Source of the DNA: Macrostomum hystrix
Taxonomy: Eukaryota; Animalia; Platyhelminthes
Direction of reading: 5' to 3'
DNA length: 64,000 nucleotides
Assembly: GCA_950097015.1 (NCBI GenBank)
Contig: CATNEN010000029.1
Coordinates: 3,100,001-3,164,000 of the forward strand
In this document: piece after piece, positions 1 to 12,013 of the stretch
Layout of the letters: each line of letters starts with the position of its first letter
Numbering within the stretch: position 1 is the first letter of the stretch
Position numbers and translations under genes: made by a program
The notes under the pieces: model-generated
Databases searched by the model: none
What the model saw: the letters and a program-made list of their open reading frames with translations, nothing else
Told to the model about the DNA's origin: nothing

Positions 1-1224
1 AAATTGCAGATTTTTTCAGTGAAGCGATTGCTATAAAAGTTAACATTTTTCTGCTTCATTTTAAACTGAATCAAGAAATTCTAACCCGAAATATCAAAAG
101 CTTTAGTGCCGAAATCGAGAAAGTGAAAGTTCAGCCTTAAAAAGATTGAACACTGGACTAGCCCAGAATGTCGCCCCATCTAGGAAAGTGTCTAACTGGT
201 CAGTATCAGTTTCCTCTGACGAGCTGAGTATCACCAACTTCTCTGTAATCTCTGCAATGTCCCGAACGGCAAGTCATGCCGGTGATAACTTTAGGTGAGT
301 TAATTCCGCATGACATTTCTGGAACACAGCAGCCGAGAGATTGGGCAGAGAGGGAGATTTAGCGACGCTTCGGGATTGGCTAGCCGTGAGGATCAGGGAA
401 GCAAGCTTGGGAGATTTACTTGGGAAATCTAGACTAGTTTTAGAAGTCAAAGTAATCTTTCATCATTGACTGCGGTGCGTGAGATTGCCTTCAGCTGAAA
501 TCAAGGTAAATAATTACTGGCGTTTGTTATTCTAGTATTCAAAGAGTTGCAAATTGTCGACTCGCTAACATCAGAAATATGATAAACACTCTGGTTCTAG
601 GCTTTGATATTTATTTTAGCTTGTCGATACACAGAAATTATTTGCCACTTTCAACCAGCGAAATGAACCGATTTTAGGACACTATTGACCTTAACCATTA
701 CTGAAACACATTCCGCTTTGATTTATTCGGCCTGTGAACTGCTATTTATGCGTTGAAAAATAATTATTACTCAAAAGCGCGCACTGCTTATATGCATATC
801 GGAATATTTTTCCCTGGACCGTGAAAAGATCTAGTTTTCAGCATTTTTTTTTCGTTTTTTGCTTATGAAGTTACTTCACGAAACAATCTAGGATCTACAT
901 CAGCTTCATAAACTTGAATTATCGCCAGAAATTTCCTACTTCTTCTTGCTGATTCTGAACTTCTTTCCGTCTAGAAATTTCTAGTAATAATTCAAGTTTA
1001 TGAGGCTCATGCAGATCGCAGATTGTTTCGTCCGTTGGGAAATTATTTTTGTTAATGCTGCGGCAAGTCAACTCAATTCCGGAACCAAAGCTCAACTTTC
1101 AGCAGGGGAATAGAAGGGTTGATTCTTCCACAAAAAAGTTTAGCTTAAATAACCGAAGGACAAGGATTGACAGATTAGATTTTGTAAGTGTTTTTATTAC
1201 CAGATCCGTACAAGTTCTAATTAT

Positions 1225-1700
1225 TTTCATGAAGGATGACATCATTATTCTTCCGTACTCTCCCCCAAAAGGATTACGTCATCATTCTTCCGTACTCTTA
1301 CAAGGATGACGTCATCGTTCTTTAGAACTCTTCCAAGGATTACGTCATCATTCTTCCGTACTCTTACAAGGATGACGTCATCTTTCTTTCGTACTCTTCC
1401 CACGATTGATGACGTCATTATTCTTTAATTCTCTACCCACGAAGGAAAACGTCCTAATTCTTCCGTATCCGTACTCTGTCTGCGAATGGTGACGCCACCA
1501 TCCTTTTATTTTCTAGCAATTAAGGATTACGTAATCAAACGCTCCCAAAATTATGACATTCTCAAATTCATTTAAAACGTGAAAAGCGTCATACTTATTA
1601 TTGCCTGAAACATTTTATCGACGTGATCAAGTGATATCCTCCTCATAAAGAATGACGTCAGCATTACTCTCTGCTCGTCCCGAGGATGACGTCATCAAAA
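1225..1700. repeat. Degenerate ~33-35-bp repeats carrying TGACGTCA/TTACGTCA (CRE-like) cores upstream of the GPCR
   Basis: Units like GGATGACGTCATCATTCTTCCGTACTCTTACAA. Perfect TGACGTCA at 1307, 1373, 1410, 1653 and 1687. Confidence 0.75.
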
Positions 1701-1785
1701 GTTTTCATATCTCGCTTTTCTATGCATAACAATAACACGAACCGCTCTGCCAACTCAAATTTTCTGTCTTGCGCAGGTAAACTGT

Positions 1786-2108
1786 ATGACGTCACCATTT
1801 AGCCCGACGGCCAAGGCGTGTGTGTGGGCCGCCTTCGCTAGCGTGATGGCCGCCTCGCTAATCGGCAACTCGCTGGTGGTCTGGATAATCTTGGCCCACG
1901 CCAAGATGCGCAGCAGCACGAACATCTTCCTGTTGAGTCTCAGCCTCTCCGATTTGCTATTCAACCTGCTGCAGGTGGTACCGAATGTGGCCAACGCTGT
2001 CGGCAATGGCTGGAGCTTCGGCTATCACTACTGCGCCCTGTCCAACTTCATGACAACATTCTCGATTTCTCTGTGCGTTTTCATCTTCATGGCGATCGCT
2101 ATCGAGAG
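1786..2108 (+). CDS. Tachykinin/neuropeptide receptor-like class A GPCR, coding exon 1 (TM1-TM3)
   Basis: GN in TM1 (LIGNSLVV), MRSSTNIFLLSLSLSD in ICL1/TM2, W-x-F-G..C and AIAIER. Ends AG|GTGCGC (phase 2). Acceptor-like tttctgtcttgcgcag lies 9 nt upstream of the ATG. The five exons join to 1065 nt = 354 aa plus stop. Confidence 0.9.
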
Positions 2109-2675
2109 GTGCGCTCAGTGCTTTTTTAATTACACTTATAGTCCGTCTCAGAGAAAGAATCAATCATGCGCCAATCGTCTCCCAACTGATAAGAATGCTG
2201 TTACTTTCCCACCGACGTCCGAGATTTCATCATTCTCTGGACACGAACCAAAATGTCCAGTATTGATACCAATTTTGTAGCTTGTAAACTGATGTAAGGG
2301 TTTTGTGCATAATCAACAACGATACGCGACATGATAACATTATGACATTTGTGAGGAGAGAAAATGTCTATATTGATGGTTTTTGCCACCAGACACCCCA
2401 ACGAGAATCCTTAAATAACTCCACGATGCCGATGCTTTGGGATTCTGAAAGTTGTTTCGTCTGATAGAGCGGAAAATTTTAGCCAGTGTGGTCCGGATTT
2501 TCATGGCGATTCGTTGATGATTTTTGGAGATACAGAAAAAAAGAGAAAATAGAGCTATTTGAAATAGCCTGTGGTCTTATAACAGTTAAGGACACAATTT
2601 GTTTCCCTTGGGCCGAGTTTCGAACACCCGACCTCCTGGCAAGAATTCCACTTGTATGATCTTTGAAACGCCCAG

Positions 2676-2852
2676 ATACGTAGTCATCGTGCATCCATTG
2701 CGGCCACGCCCAAAGCGGCTCTCGATCCTGTGCAGCATCGTCTTCATCTGGTTGTTCAGCATTCTGAGCGCGGCGCCATCAGCCGTATTCAGCAAGATTG
2801 TGGTCCAGAACCAGTCCCAGACCTGCCAGATTGAGAAGTGGTTCAACGATGT
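2676..2852 (+). CDS. Tachykinin receptor-like GPCR, exon 2 (ERY to TM4 and ECL2)
   Basis: cccag|A completes ER-Y; YVVIVHPLRPR, IWLFSILSAAP and an ECL2 Cys follow. Donor GT|GTGAGT, phase 2. Confidence 0.9.
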
Positions 2853-2937
2853 GTGAGTTGAAAGACACGCCTTCAACATTCTCGACCTCTAGAGCTGTAA
2901 CCTGGTTTGCGCCCCTTTCAACTCCCGCCTACTGCAG

Positions 2938-3088
2938 ACTGAACCCGCTGCTGTTCACGCTGCAGTACCTCATGCCGCTAGTGGTGGTCTGCTGCGTTTA
3001 CATCATCATCGGCGCCAAGCTGTGGCGCCAGCGGCCCATCGGGGAGCGGCCGCAGGGCCAGGAGGAGTCGGTCAGGGCCAAGAGGAAG
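2938..3088 (+). CDS. Tachykinin receptor-like GPCR, exon 3 (TM5 and ICL3)
   Basis: tactgcag|A; LQYLMPLVVVCCVYIIIGAKLW...RAKRK. Ends at the non-canonical donor AAG|GCAAGT. Confidence 0.85.
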
Positions 3089-3231
3089 GCAAGTCAAAGA
3101 CCCAATGGACTTTAGAGGGGCGGAGGAAAAGCCATGGCTGAAATAAGTAATGATGCCATGACGTCACCATAGTTTTTTAGCGAGGCTCCGCTTCATTATG
3201 ACGTCATTTTGTTATCTCGTTATGGAAAACT

Positions 3232-3710
3232 CTACCCCATAATGACGTCATTGCTCTATGAAAACTCTACCCCATAAATACGCCATTGCTCTAGGAAAAC
3301 TCTACCCCATAATGACGTCATTGCTCTTGGAAAACTCTACCCCATAATGACGTCATTGCTCTAGGAAAACTCTACCCCATAATGACGTCATTGCTCTAGG
3401 AAAATTCTACCTCATAATGACGTCATTGCTCTATGAAACCTCTACCCCATAATGACGTCATTGCTCTAGGAAAACTCTACCCCATAATGACGTCATTGCT
3501 CTAGGCAAACTCTATCCCTTAATGACGCCATTGCTCTAGGAAAACTCTACCCCATAATGACGTCATTGCTCTTGGAAAACTCTATCCTATAATGACGTCA
3601 TTGCTCTTGGAAAACTCTATCCTTTAATGACGTCATTGCTCTAGGAAAACTCTACCCCGTTATGACGTCATTACTTTAAGAAAAATCTTCCCTATAATGA
3701 CGTCATTGTG
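3232..3710. repeat. 35-bp minisatellite with palindromic AATGACGTCATT core, in intron 3
   Basis: Unit CCCATAATGACGTCATTGCTCTAGGAAAACTCTAC, ~13 copies with a 35-bp period. Confidence 0.95.
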
Positions 3711-3958
3711 TTATCAGCAGACTCCACCCCATTGTGACATCATAGATTTTTTCCCTTCTGTGCATTAGCTCGGAACACCGATTCTGTCCCATGAACTCTC
3801 TTGGAAACGACCCATTTCAGAGCTCTGAAGAGAACAGAGAGCAGTTAGAGAGGATCCTATAGAGAGGATTAAAGATCTTGCAAAACGGGAAACTCAACTA
3901 GACGACTACTAGAGTCATTAATCACTGGTTCGGAAAAAAACCCTTAATTAATCCGCAG

Positions 3959-4131
3959 GTGGTACTCATGCTGATCACCGTAGTGACGATATTCGCCCTT
4001 TGCTGGCTGCCCTACCAGCTCAGCTTCTTCCTGATGCACCTGTTCTCAGCTGAGCTGTTTGTCGGGGTGTACTTTCTGGCTGCCTGCAGCACGGTCTCCA
4101 ACCCCATTATCTACTGCAGCATGAACAGAAA
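3959..4131 (+). CDS. Tachykinin receptor-like GPCR, exon 4 (TM6-TM7)
   Basis: ccgcag|GTG; VVLMLITVVTIFALCWLPYQ...SNPIIYCSMNR carries the CWxP and NPxxY motifs. Donor AA|GTGAGG. Too short for the ORF track. Confidence 0.9.
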
Positions 4132-4239
4132 GTGAGGCTGCTGATGGTATGGTAATAATGAGAGAAAAATATGAATTAGGGATTATTGTGATGGAGAAAT
4201 CGGTACAGCATGAGAAATGAAGCCAGGGAGCGGCATGAT

Positions 4240-6775
4240 ATATGAAATGGAGCCGGGAAATGGTAGGCTATGAGAGTTGGGAAGTGGTAGGATATGAGAA
4301 ATGGAGTTGGGAAGTGGTAGGATATGAGAAATGGAGTTGGGAAGTGGTAAGATATGAGAAATGGAGTTGGGAAGTGGTAGGATATGAGAAATGGAGTTGG
4401 GAAGTGGTAAGATATGAGAAATAGAGTTGGGAAGTGGTAAGATATGAGAAATGGAGTTGGGAAGTGGTAGGATATGAGAAATAGAGTTGGGAAGTGGTAA
4501 GATATGAGAAATGGAGTTGGGAAGTGGTAGGATATGAGAAATGGAGTTGGGAAGTGGTAAGATATGAGAAATGGAGTTGGGAAGTGGTAGGATATGAGAA
4601 ATGGAGTTGGGAAGTGGTAAGATATGAGAAATGGAGTTGGGAAGTGGTAAGATATGAGAAATGGAGTTGGGAAGTGGTAGGATATGAGAAATAGAGTTGG
4701 GAAGTGGTAAGATATGAGAAATGGAGTTGGGAAGTGGTAGGATATGAGAATGAAGTCTGGAAATGGTAGGATAGGAGCAATTGATCCAAAAATGATAGGA
4801 AATAAGAAATGGACTCGGGAAATGGAAGGATATGAGAAATGAAGTTGGGAAACGGAAGAATATGATAGATGGACTCAGGAAATGGTAGGATATGAGAAAT
4901 GGACTCGGGAAATGGAAGGATATGAGAAAAGGACTTCGGAAATGGAAGGATATGAGAAATGGAGTTCGAAAATGGTTGGATATTAATAATGGAGTTGGGA
5001 AATGATTGGATATGATAAATGGAGACAGGAAGTGGTAGGATATGAGAAATGGAGTTGGGAAATAGTAGGATATGAGAAATGGACTCGGGAAATGGAAGGA
5101 TATGAGAAATGAAGTTGGGAAATGGAAGAATATGAGAAATGGACTCGGGAAATGGTAGGATATGAGAAATGGAGACGGGAAATGGTAGGATATGAGAAAT
5201 GGACTCGGGAAGTGGTAGGATATGAGAAATGGAGACGGGAAATGGTAGGATATGAGAAATGGAGTTGGGAAATGATTGGATATGATAAATGGAGACGGGA
5301 AGTGGTAGGATATGAGAAATGGAGTTGGGAAATAGTAGGATATGAGAAATGGACTCGGGAAATGGTAGGATATGAGAAATGGAGACGGGAAATGGTAGGA
5401 TATGAGAAATGGACTCGGGAAGTGGTAGGATATGAGAAATGGAGACGGGAAATGGTAGGATATGAGAAATGGACTCGGGAAGTGGTAGGATATGAGAAAT
5501 GGAGACGGGAAATGGTTGGATATGAGAAATGGAGTTGGGAAGTGGTAGGATATGAGAAATGGAGCTGGGAAATGGTTGGATATGAGAAATGGAGTTGGGA
5601 AGTGGTAGGATATGAGAAATGGAGACGGGAAATGGTAGGATATGAGAAATGGAGTTGGGAAGTGGTAAGATATGAGAAATAGAGTTGGGAAGTGGTAAGA
5701 TATGAGAAATGGAGTTGGGAAGTGGTAGGATATGAGAATGAAGTCTGGAAATGGTAGGATAGGAGCAATTGATCCAAAAATGATAGGAAATAAGAAATGG
5801 ACTCGGGAAATGGAAGGATATGAGAAATGAAGTTGGGAAATGGAAGAATATGATAGATGGACTCAGGAAATGGTAGGATATGAGAAATGGACTCGGGAAA
5901 TGGAAGGATATGAGAAAAGGACTTCGGAAATGGAAGGATATGAGAAATGGAGTTCGAAAATGGTTGGATATTAATAATGGAGTTGGGAAATGATTGGATA
6001 TGATAAATGGAGACAGGAAGTGGTAGGATATGAGAAATGGAGTTGGGAAATAGTAGGATATGAGAAATGGACTCGGGAAATGGAAGGATATGAGAAATGA
6101 AGTTGGGAAATGGAAGAATATGAGAAATGGACTCGGGAAATGGTAGGATATGAGAAATGGAGACGGGAAATGGTAGGATATGAGAAATGGACTCGGGAAG
6201 TGGTAGGATATGAGAAATGGAGACGGGAAATGGTAGGATATGAGAAATGGAGTTGGGAAATGATTGGATATGATAAATGGAGACGGGAAGTGGTAGGATA
6301 TGAGAAATGGAGTTGGGAAATAGTAGGATATGAGAAATGGACTCGGGAAATGGTAGGATATGAGAAATGGAGACGGGAAATGGTAGGATATGAGAAATGG
6401 ACTCGGGAAGTGGTAGGATATGAGAAATGGAGACGGGAAATGGTAGGATATGAGAAATGGACTCGGGAAGTGGTAGGATATGAGAAATGGAGACGGGAAA
6501 TGGTTGGATATGAGAAATGGAGTTGGGAAGTGGTAGGATATGAGAAATGGAGCTGGGAAATGGTTGGATATGAGAAATGGAGTTGGGAAGTGGTAGGATA
6601 TGAGAAATGGAGACGGGAAATGGTAGGATATGAGAAATGGAGTTAGGAAGTGGTAGGATATGAAAAATGCAGTCGGGAAGTGGTAGGATATGAGAATGAA
6701 GTCTGGAAATGATAGGGCATGAGAAATGGAGTCGGGAAATGGTAAGACATGAAAACTTGATGAAAATGGACTCAT
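4240..6775. repeat. 21-bp purine-rich minisatellite filling intron 4, with a 988-bp higher-order duplication
   Basis: Unit GGATATGAGAAATGGAGTTGGGAAGTGGTA-like. The rare variant block TGAAGTCTGGAAATG recurs at 4751, 5739 and 6697. Confidence 0.9.
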
Positions 6776-6883
6776 AAGAAGGAAGTGAGCTCATGAGAAA
6801 TGAGTGTAAACTGGAGCGGCAAAAATCAATGTTCAATCAGTGATGGAAATGTACATTTTAACACCCCCACCCGCTCGCCGCAG

Positions 6884-7124
6884 CTTCCGTCTTGGCTTCC
6901 AGTGGGCCTTTCGCTCTCTGCCTTGCGTCGGTAGCGTCGACGCGGCGAGATACGCCGAACTGAAGCACGGCAGGGCCAAGGCCAAAGCGGCCGCGGCCGC
7001 AGCCGCAGCCGCCTCCTCCCACGTCACCCGGGAAAATCATGCTCAAGAAGCTGTTGTTGTTGAACAGGACATTGGCTCCTTTGCAATGGAATCCTCTGAT
7101 CAGATGGCTCAGGCCAGTATCTGA
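6884..7124 (+). CDS. Tachykinin receptor-like GPCR, exon 5 (helix 8 and C-tail)
   Basis: ccgcag|C; FRLGFQWAFRSLPCV resembles the TACR helix 8 (FRLGFKHAFRCCP). Followed by poly-Ala and a TGA stop at 7122-7124. Confidence 0.85.
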
Positions 7125-7179
7125 TGGGTGTTTGAGCATGACTGAATGGGACCTAGTTACTAATGTGAATGTGATTGTG

Positions 7180-7635
7180 ACTGAATGAGGTGAGACTGTG
7201 AATGGAGAGTGAGTGAATTACGTGGGACTGTGAATGGAGAGTGGGTGAATGACGTGAGACTGTGAATGGAGAGTGAGTGAATGATGTGAGACTGTGAATG
7301 GAGAGTGAGTGAATGATGTGGGACTGTGAAGGAAGAGTGGGTGAATGATGTGAGACTGTGAATTGAGAGTGAGTGAATGAGGTGAGACTGTGAATGGAGA
7401 GTGAGTGAATGAGGTGAGACTGTGAATGGAGATTGAGTGAATGATGTGGGACTGTGAAGGAAGAGTGGGTGAATGATGTGAGACTGTGAATTGAGAGTGA
7501 GTGAATGATGTGAGACTGTGAATTGAGAGTGAGCGAATGATGTGAGACTGTGAATGTAGAGTGAGTGAATGATGTGAGACTGTGAATGTAGAGTGAGTGA
7601 ATGATGTGAGACTGTGAATGGAAAGTGAGTGAATT
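7180..7635. repeat. 32-bp minisatellite just 3' of the GPCR stop
   Basis: Unit GTGAGACTGTGAATGGAGAGTGAGTGAATGAT. Confidence 0.9.
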
Positions 7636-8589
7636 ACTTGTTTTTAGATATTTATTAAAGAATAATAATTTGTTAACTGTAAAAAATCTGACATTGAATT
7701 CGCAAATTGAAATAGATACTCTCGCTAATGTAGCCAAAGAACTGTTGTTATGGCAGATCATGAGCATGATCACGCAATATTTGAAGTGTTTTCATTAAGC
7801 TGTAACCAAACGAAGCATTGACTTTCTGGCCCTAATAACTAAAATAGTTAAGCAATTGGTGGACAGGTTAGGCAAACAATTCCACCTACTTGTTCTGTAA
7901 AATTCTCAACCACGGCCTAACATGAGATGCCTGGCGCCATAAGAGATTTAATCAAACAGCTAGATTAAAATAACACAATAATCAACTAGATAGTTCAGAT
8001 GACACATGTGTCCCAGTTTTTATTGTTGACATTTTCCAACTATAAAGCGTGGTTTAGAAGGCCGGGTAGATAAATTATAGCGAACTCTTGATTACAGTTT
8101 GTTGACATAAGTTGAGAATTCTTGAGCTAATACACACCACGCACACACACACACCATGCATGCATTCCAGTAGTTTACTCTCTTAGATAAAATCCGATTG
8201 GCTACAAGAGCAGACAGCCACCCCAACCTCCCGAACTCGGCACAGAGCCGCAGTTTCAGCATAAAAATAAGCCACACAGTCTTCCAAGGATGCCGTAAAG
8301 GAGAAGCGGTGGAATTTGCCAATCAGGTTTCGGAACAGCCTCTGAGCAGCCCGACCTAGTAACCTGTGGATATTGCTGAGTACAGGAAGCCAGCAGTAAT
8401 ATCATAGGTTGCTCGGTGCGGCCGCGAGGTAGAACAGCTTCAGGTGAGTTTCAAGCTGGCACATGTGCCTACAGATTCGATTTCAATGTTACCACTACTA
8501 CGACACCGCTGCGCTTCTAAAACCTGTTGAACACGTCTTGGAAGAGGCTATGAAGACTCGTTAAACAGGTGCTTGGAACGTCAGAAAAG

Positions 8590-9190
8590 CTTCGTGTCGC
8601 TAGAGACATTTGAGTTGTTAGAGAAGCGCTCCAGTCGTGAGAGAAACGTTTGAGTCGTTAGAGAAGCATTTCAATCGTTAGATCATGAAGCGTTTGAGTC
8701 GCTAGATTATGAAGCGTTTGAGTCGCTAGATCATGAAGCGTTTGAGTCGCTAGATCATGAAGCGTTTGAGTCGCTAGATCATGAAGCGTTTGAGTCATCA
8801 GATCATGAAGCGTTTGAGTCGTCAGATCATGAAGCGTTTGAGTAGTCAGATCAAGAAGAGTCGTTAGAGAAGCGTTTGAGTAGTCAGATCAAGAAGAGTC
8901 GTTAGAGAAGCGTTTGAGTAGTCAGATCAAGAAGAGTCGTTAGAGAAGCGTTTGAGTAGTCAGATCAAGAAGAGTCGTTAGAGAAGCGTTTGAGTAGTCA
9001 GATCAAGAAGAGTCGTTAGAGAAGCGTTTGAGTCGTCAGATCAAGAAGAGTCGTTAGAAAAGCGTTTGAGTCGTCTTTTGAGTCGTTGGAGAATGTTTTG
9101 GGTCGTTTTAGAATCGTTTGAGTCGTCGGAATAACGTTTGAATACTAAGAGAAACGGTTGAGTCATTAGAAAACCGTTTGAGTCGTAAAA
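8590..9190. repeat. Compound minisatellite (24-bp units grading into 38-bp units)
   Basis: GAAGCGTTTGAGTCGCTAGATCAT units are followed by GAAGCGTTTGAGTAGTCAGATCAAGAAGAGTCGTTAGA units; both ends are degenerate. Confidence 0.9.
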
Positions 9191-9764
9191 CAACTGCCGG
9201 GTCATTGATCACGTGATCATAGCGCCAGTTGTCCCACGCCATCCCGATACTTTTTCATTTGTGTTATGATCTGTCATTTTAGCTCGTTGAACAATATTCT
9301 AGACGGTATTTTAGTCTTTAAAGCCAGGATTTGCATTATTTAATTTTTTAAAGTGGAAGATATGCGCATCAACTACTACTTGAGCAGTAGTTTCTATGCA
9401 AAACGACAAACCTTAGGTGAGTATTGACAGATAATTTCAGGCAATAATTTGCTGAAAAGTTTTCAACTGCGTAAAATTGCATTGAAAAGTTCCTAAAAAA
9501 TTAATTCGCTGTTCCTATTTTTTAAGCTGGGATTTTGCTGTCTGATGTTTCAAACCGACAGGAAAACCGAAATTCAGACAGGAAGTCATGACACTGTCAA
9601 CTAGAATCAAGGATATCAAAGGTGAAAAATGGACTAATGAAAGTAGGTAATAATGTTTTAAAGTTACTTTTTTGCAAGCTCTAGCCAAGTTTTTATTTTG
9701 GTCAGTTGTGATAAAAACTAAATCCGTTAAAGCTTGCAGCCCTCCAGGTTAGATCTTTGGAGAG

Positions 9765-10160
9765 GTCAGTGGTTCGAATCTCAGTTCAAGAGCCTAAGGA
9801 AGGTCGGCAGTTCGAATCTCGGCTTGAGAGCCTAAGGAAGGTCGGCAGTTCAAATCTCGGCTTAAGAGCCTAAGGAAGGTCGGCAGTTCGAATCTCGGCT
9901 CGAGAGCCTAAGGGGGTCGGTAGTTCGAATCTCAGCTTGAGAGCCTAAGGAAGGTCGGCAGTTCGAATCTCGGCTTAAGAGCCTAAGGAAGGTCGGCAGT
10001 TCGAATCTCGGCTTAAGAGCCTAAGGAGGTCGGTAGTTCGAATCTCGGCTTAAGAGCCTAAGGAGGTCGGTAGTTCGAATCTCGGCTTGAGAGCCTAAGG
10101 GGTCGTTAGTTCGAATCTCAGCTTGAGAGCCTAAGGAGGTCGGCAGTTCGAATCTCGGCT
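9765..10160 (+). repeat. ~38-bp tandem array of a SINE tRNA-head fragment (B-box)
   Basis: About 10 units of GAGCCTAAGGAAGGTCGGCAGTTCGAATCTCGGCTTRA, each with GTTCGAATC. Runs directly into a SINE CORE body. Confidence 0.85.
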
Positions 10161-10330
10161 TGTGTCATTCAGTGCTTCAGTTCACTCAGCTGTAAAATGG
10201 GTGCCAGCATTTGCTGGGGAACAGAAAATCGGGTGCGGCGGCCTCCCCAGTCCATGGACTGAACTTCTGTACACAGCAGCTAGCCGGGCTCGCAGAGGAT
10301 ATTGATCCCATCACATGTAAGGATTAGGTT
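10161..10330 (+). mobile_element. SINE body (CORE-like domain), divergent copy
   Basis: TGCTTCAGTTCACTCAGCTGTAAAATGGGTGCCAG and CAGTCCATGGACTGAAC are shared with the copies at ~19650 and ~61500. Confidence 0.75.
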
Positions 10331-10849
10331 GCAGATCCCATCTTAAGTGAGAAGTTAAAAAATGTTGTTACCAAACGCAAATGACAGCCCAGAAGTAGGT
10401 GGGAAATTAAAAAACTCAGGTTTGACTCCTGTCGGGATTAGGGAGCTAATACGATGAGGAAGCGACGCGTCCGGGGGGGCGGCCCGTGGGATTTTTAGAT
10501 ACTATTTGCAAGGACTAAAGGTGATGCATCGATTGATGATTGAGGAAAAACACCCCTCAACCTGTAGGGGTTGGTAGTTGGCAGAATTGCTTTTCATTGC
10601 TGATTTGCCTCAGGTAACAAATAATTGGAGCCGGCGTTGGGGCAGGGATCAATGGATTCTCCGGAAATGAGTTTGACGGAGGGCTGGGTCCCTTTAAAAT
10701 GCTTCCGTTGCTTCCTGGATGACGGGTTGAGGCTGATTGCTCAGGCAAGATTTCGCCTCTTTAGAAATCTGCTTTCAGCTTTACAGAATGAAGTCCCGGC
10801 ACCATGAAACAGATTCACTGATAGCTGCAATCTTGATTGAAACTCTTCT

Positions 10850-11355
10850 TGCAGCTGCATTTCTTGCTGCGATTCTTGCTGTAGCTCTTGCTGCGATTCT
10901 ATATAGCTGCAGCTCTTGCTGCGATTCTAGCTGCAGCTCTTGCTGCGATTCTAGCTGCAGTTCTTGCTGCGATTCGTGCTGTAGCTCTTGCTGCGATTCT
11001 AGCTGCAGCTCTTGCTGCGATTCTAGCTGCAGCTCTTGCTGCGATTCTAGCTGCAGCTCTTGCTGCGATTCTAGCTGCAGCTCTTGCTGCGATTCTAGCT
11101 GCAGCTCTTGCTGCGATTCTAGCTGCAGCTCTTGCTGCGATTCTAGCTGCAGTTCTTGCTGCGATTCTAGCTGCAGCTCTTGCTGCGATTCTAGCTGCAG
11201 CTCTTGCTGCGATTCTAGCTGTAGCTCTTGCTGCGATTCTAGCTGCAGCTCTTGCTGCGATTCTAGCTGCAGCTCTTGCTGCGATTCTAGCTGCAGCTCT
11301 TGCTGCGATTCTAGCTACTGAGCTTGCTGCGATTCTAGCTGCAGCTCTTGCCGCA
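10850..11355. repeat. 24-bp minisatellite (GCTGCAGCTCTTGCTGCGATTCTA)
   Basis: About 20 near-identical units; this is the source of the spurious SSCCD and AAALAAIL ORFs. Confidence 0.95.
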
Positions 11356-12013
11356 GATTTTCGAAACTAGTACGCAATTCTGAACAGGCCTGAATAATTG
11401 GCGCTTTGCTTAGTGCCCCTACTTATACCTTTCTTATTATATTCCTGGGTTCCAGGTGCGCTGATTAAATATTCACCCCTTAATTGAGCGGGTATTTAAG
11501 TTGCAATTTACCTGAATTCGCAATTAAAGTTCTTGCATTTTATTTGCTTGATTTTGCACCATAGTAACCACAGCTTCAGCAGAACTTTGAATATCACGCT
11601 ATTTTTTCCCCTGGGTAAAGACCAGGGGAGTATTTTAAGTACCTCCCGATAGCTCCAAGACCGAATGACTGATTTTCGTGAAATTCCACCACATGGAGCA
11701 AAATTTCAGCCCTTTTCAATGAACTAACGATGCCTTACGACAGCATCGTTGAGATGTTCAGCGACTCTTGTCGAACAGCCTGACGCTCCGACGAGAATTG
11801 TTGAGTATCTCGACGATCCCGATGTTTTGTAATTCTGGAAGTAGCTTCATGAGAGTGGAAAATTTTAGTCACTGTTCTGGATTTTCATGACGATTGGTTG
11901 AATATTTTAGGAAATAAAGAAAATGAAACATATAGACATCTGAAATACCGCCGCGTGGTCCTACTGTTAATGTACTCGTATTTAGTGATGAGGTATTGGG
12001 TGATGCAGTGTGG

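Noticed and set aside
140-300. About 50-codon open stretch ending at AG|GTGAGT as a possible upstream GPCR exon
   Set aside because: Its phase-2 donor is incompatible with the phase-0 acceptor at 1776, and there is no recognisable product.
4268-6836. 617-835 aa ORFs on the minus strand
   Set aside because: They are translations of the 21-bp intronic satellite, antisense to a GPCR intron, with no domain content.
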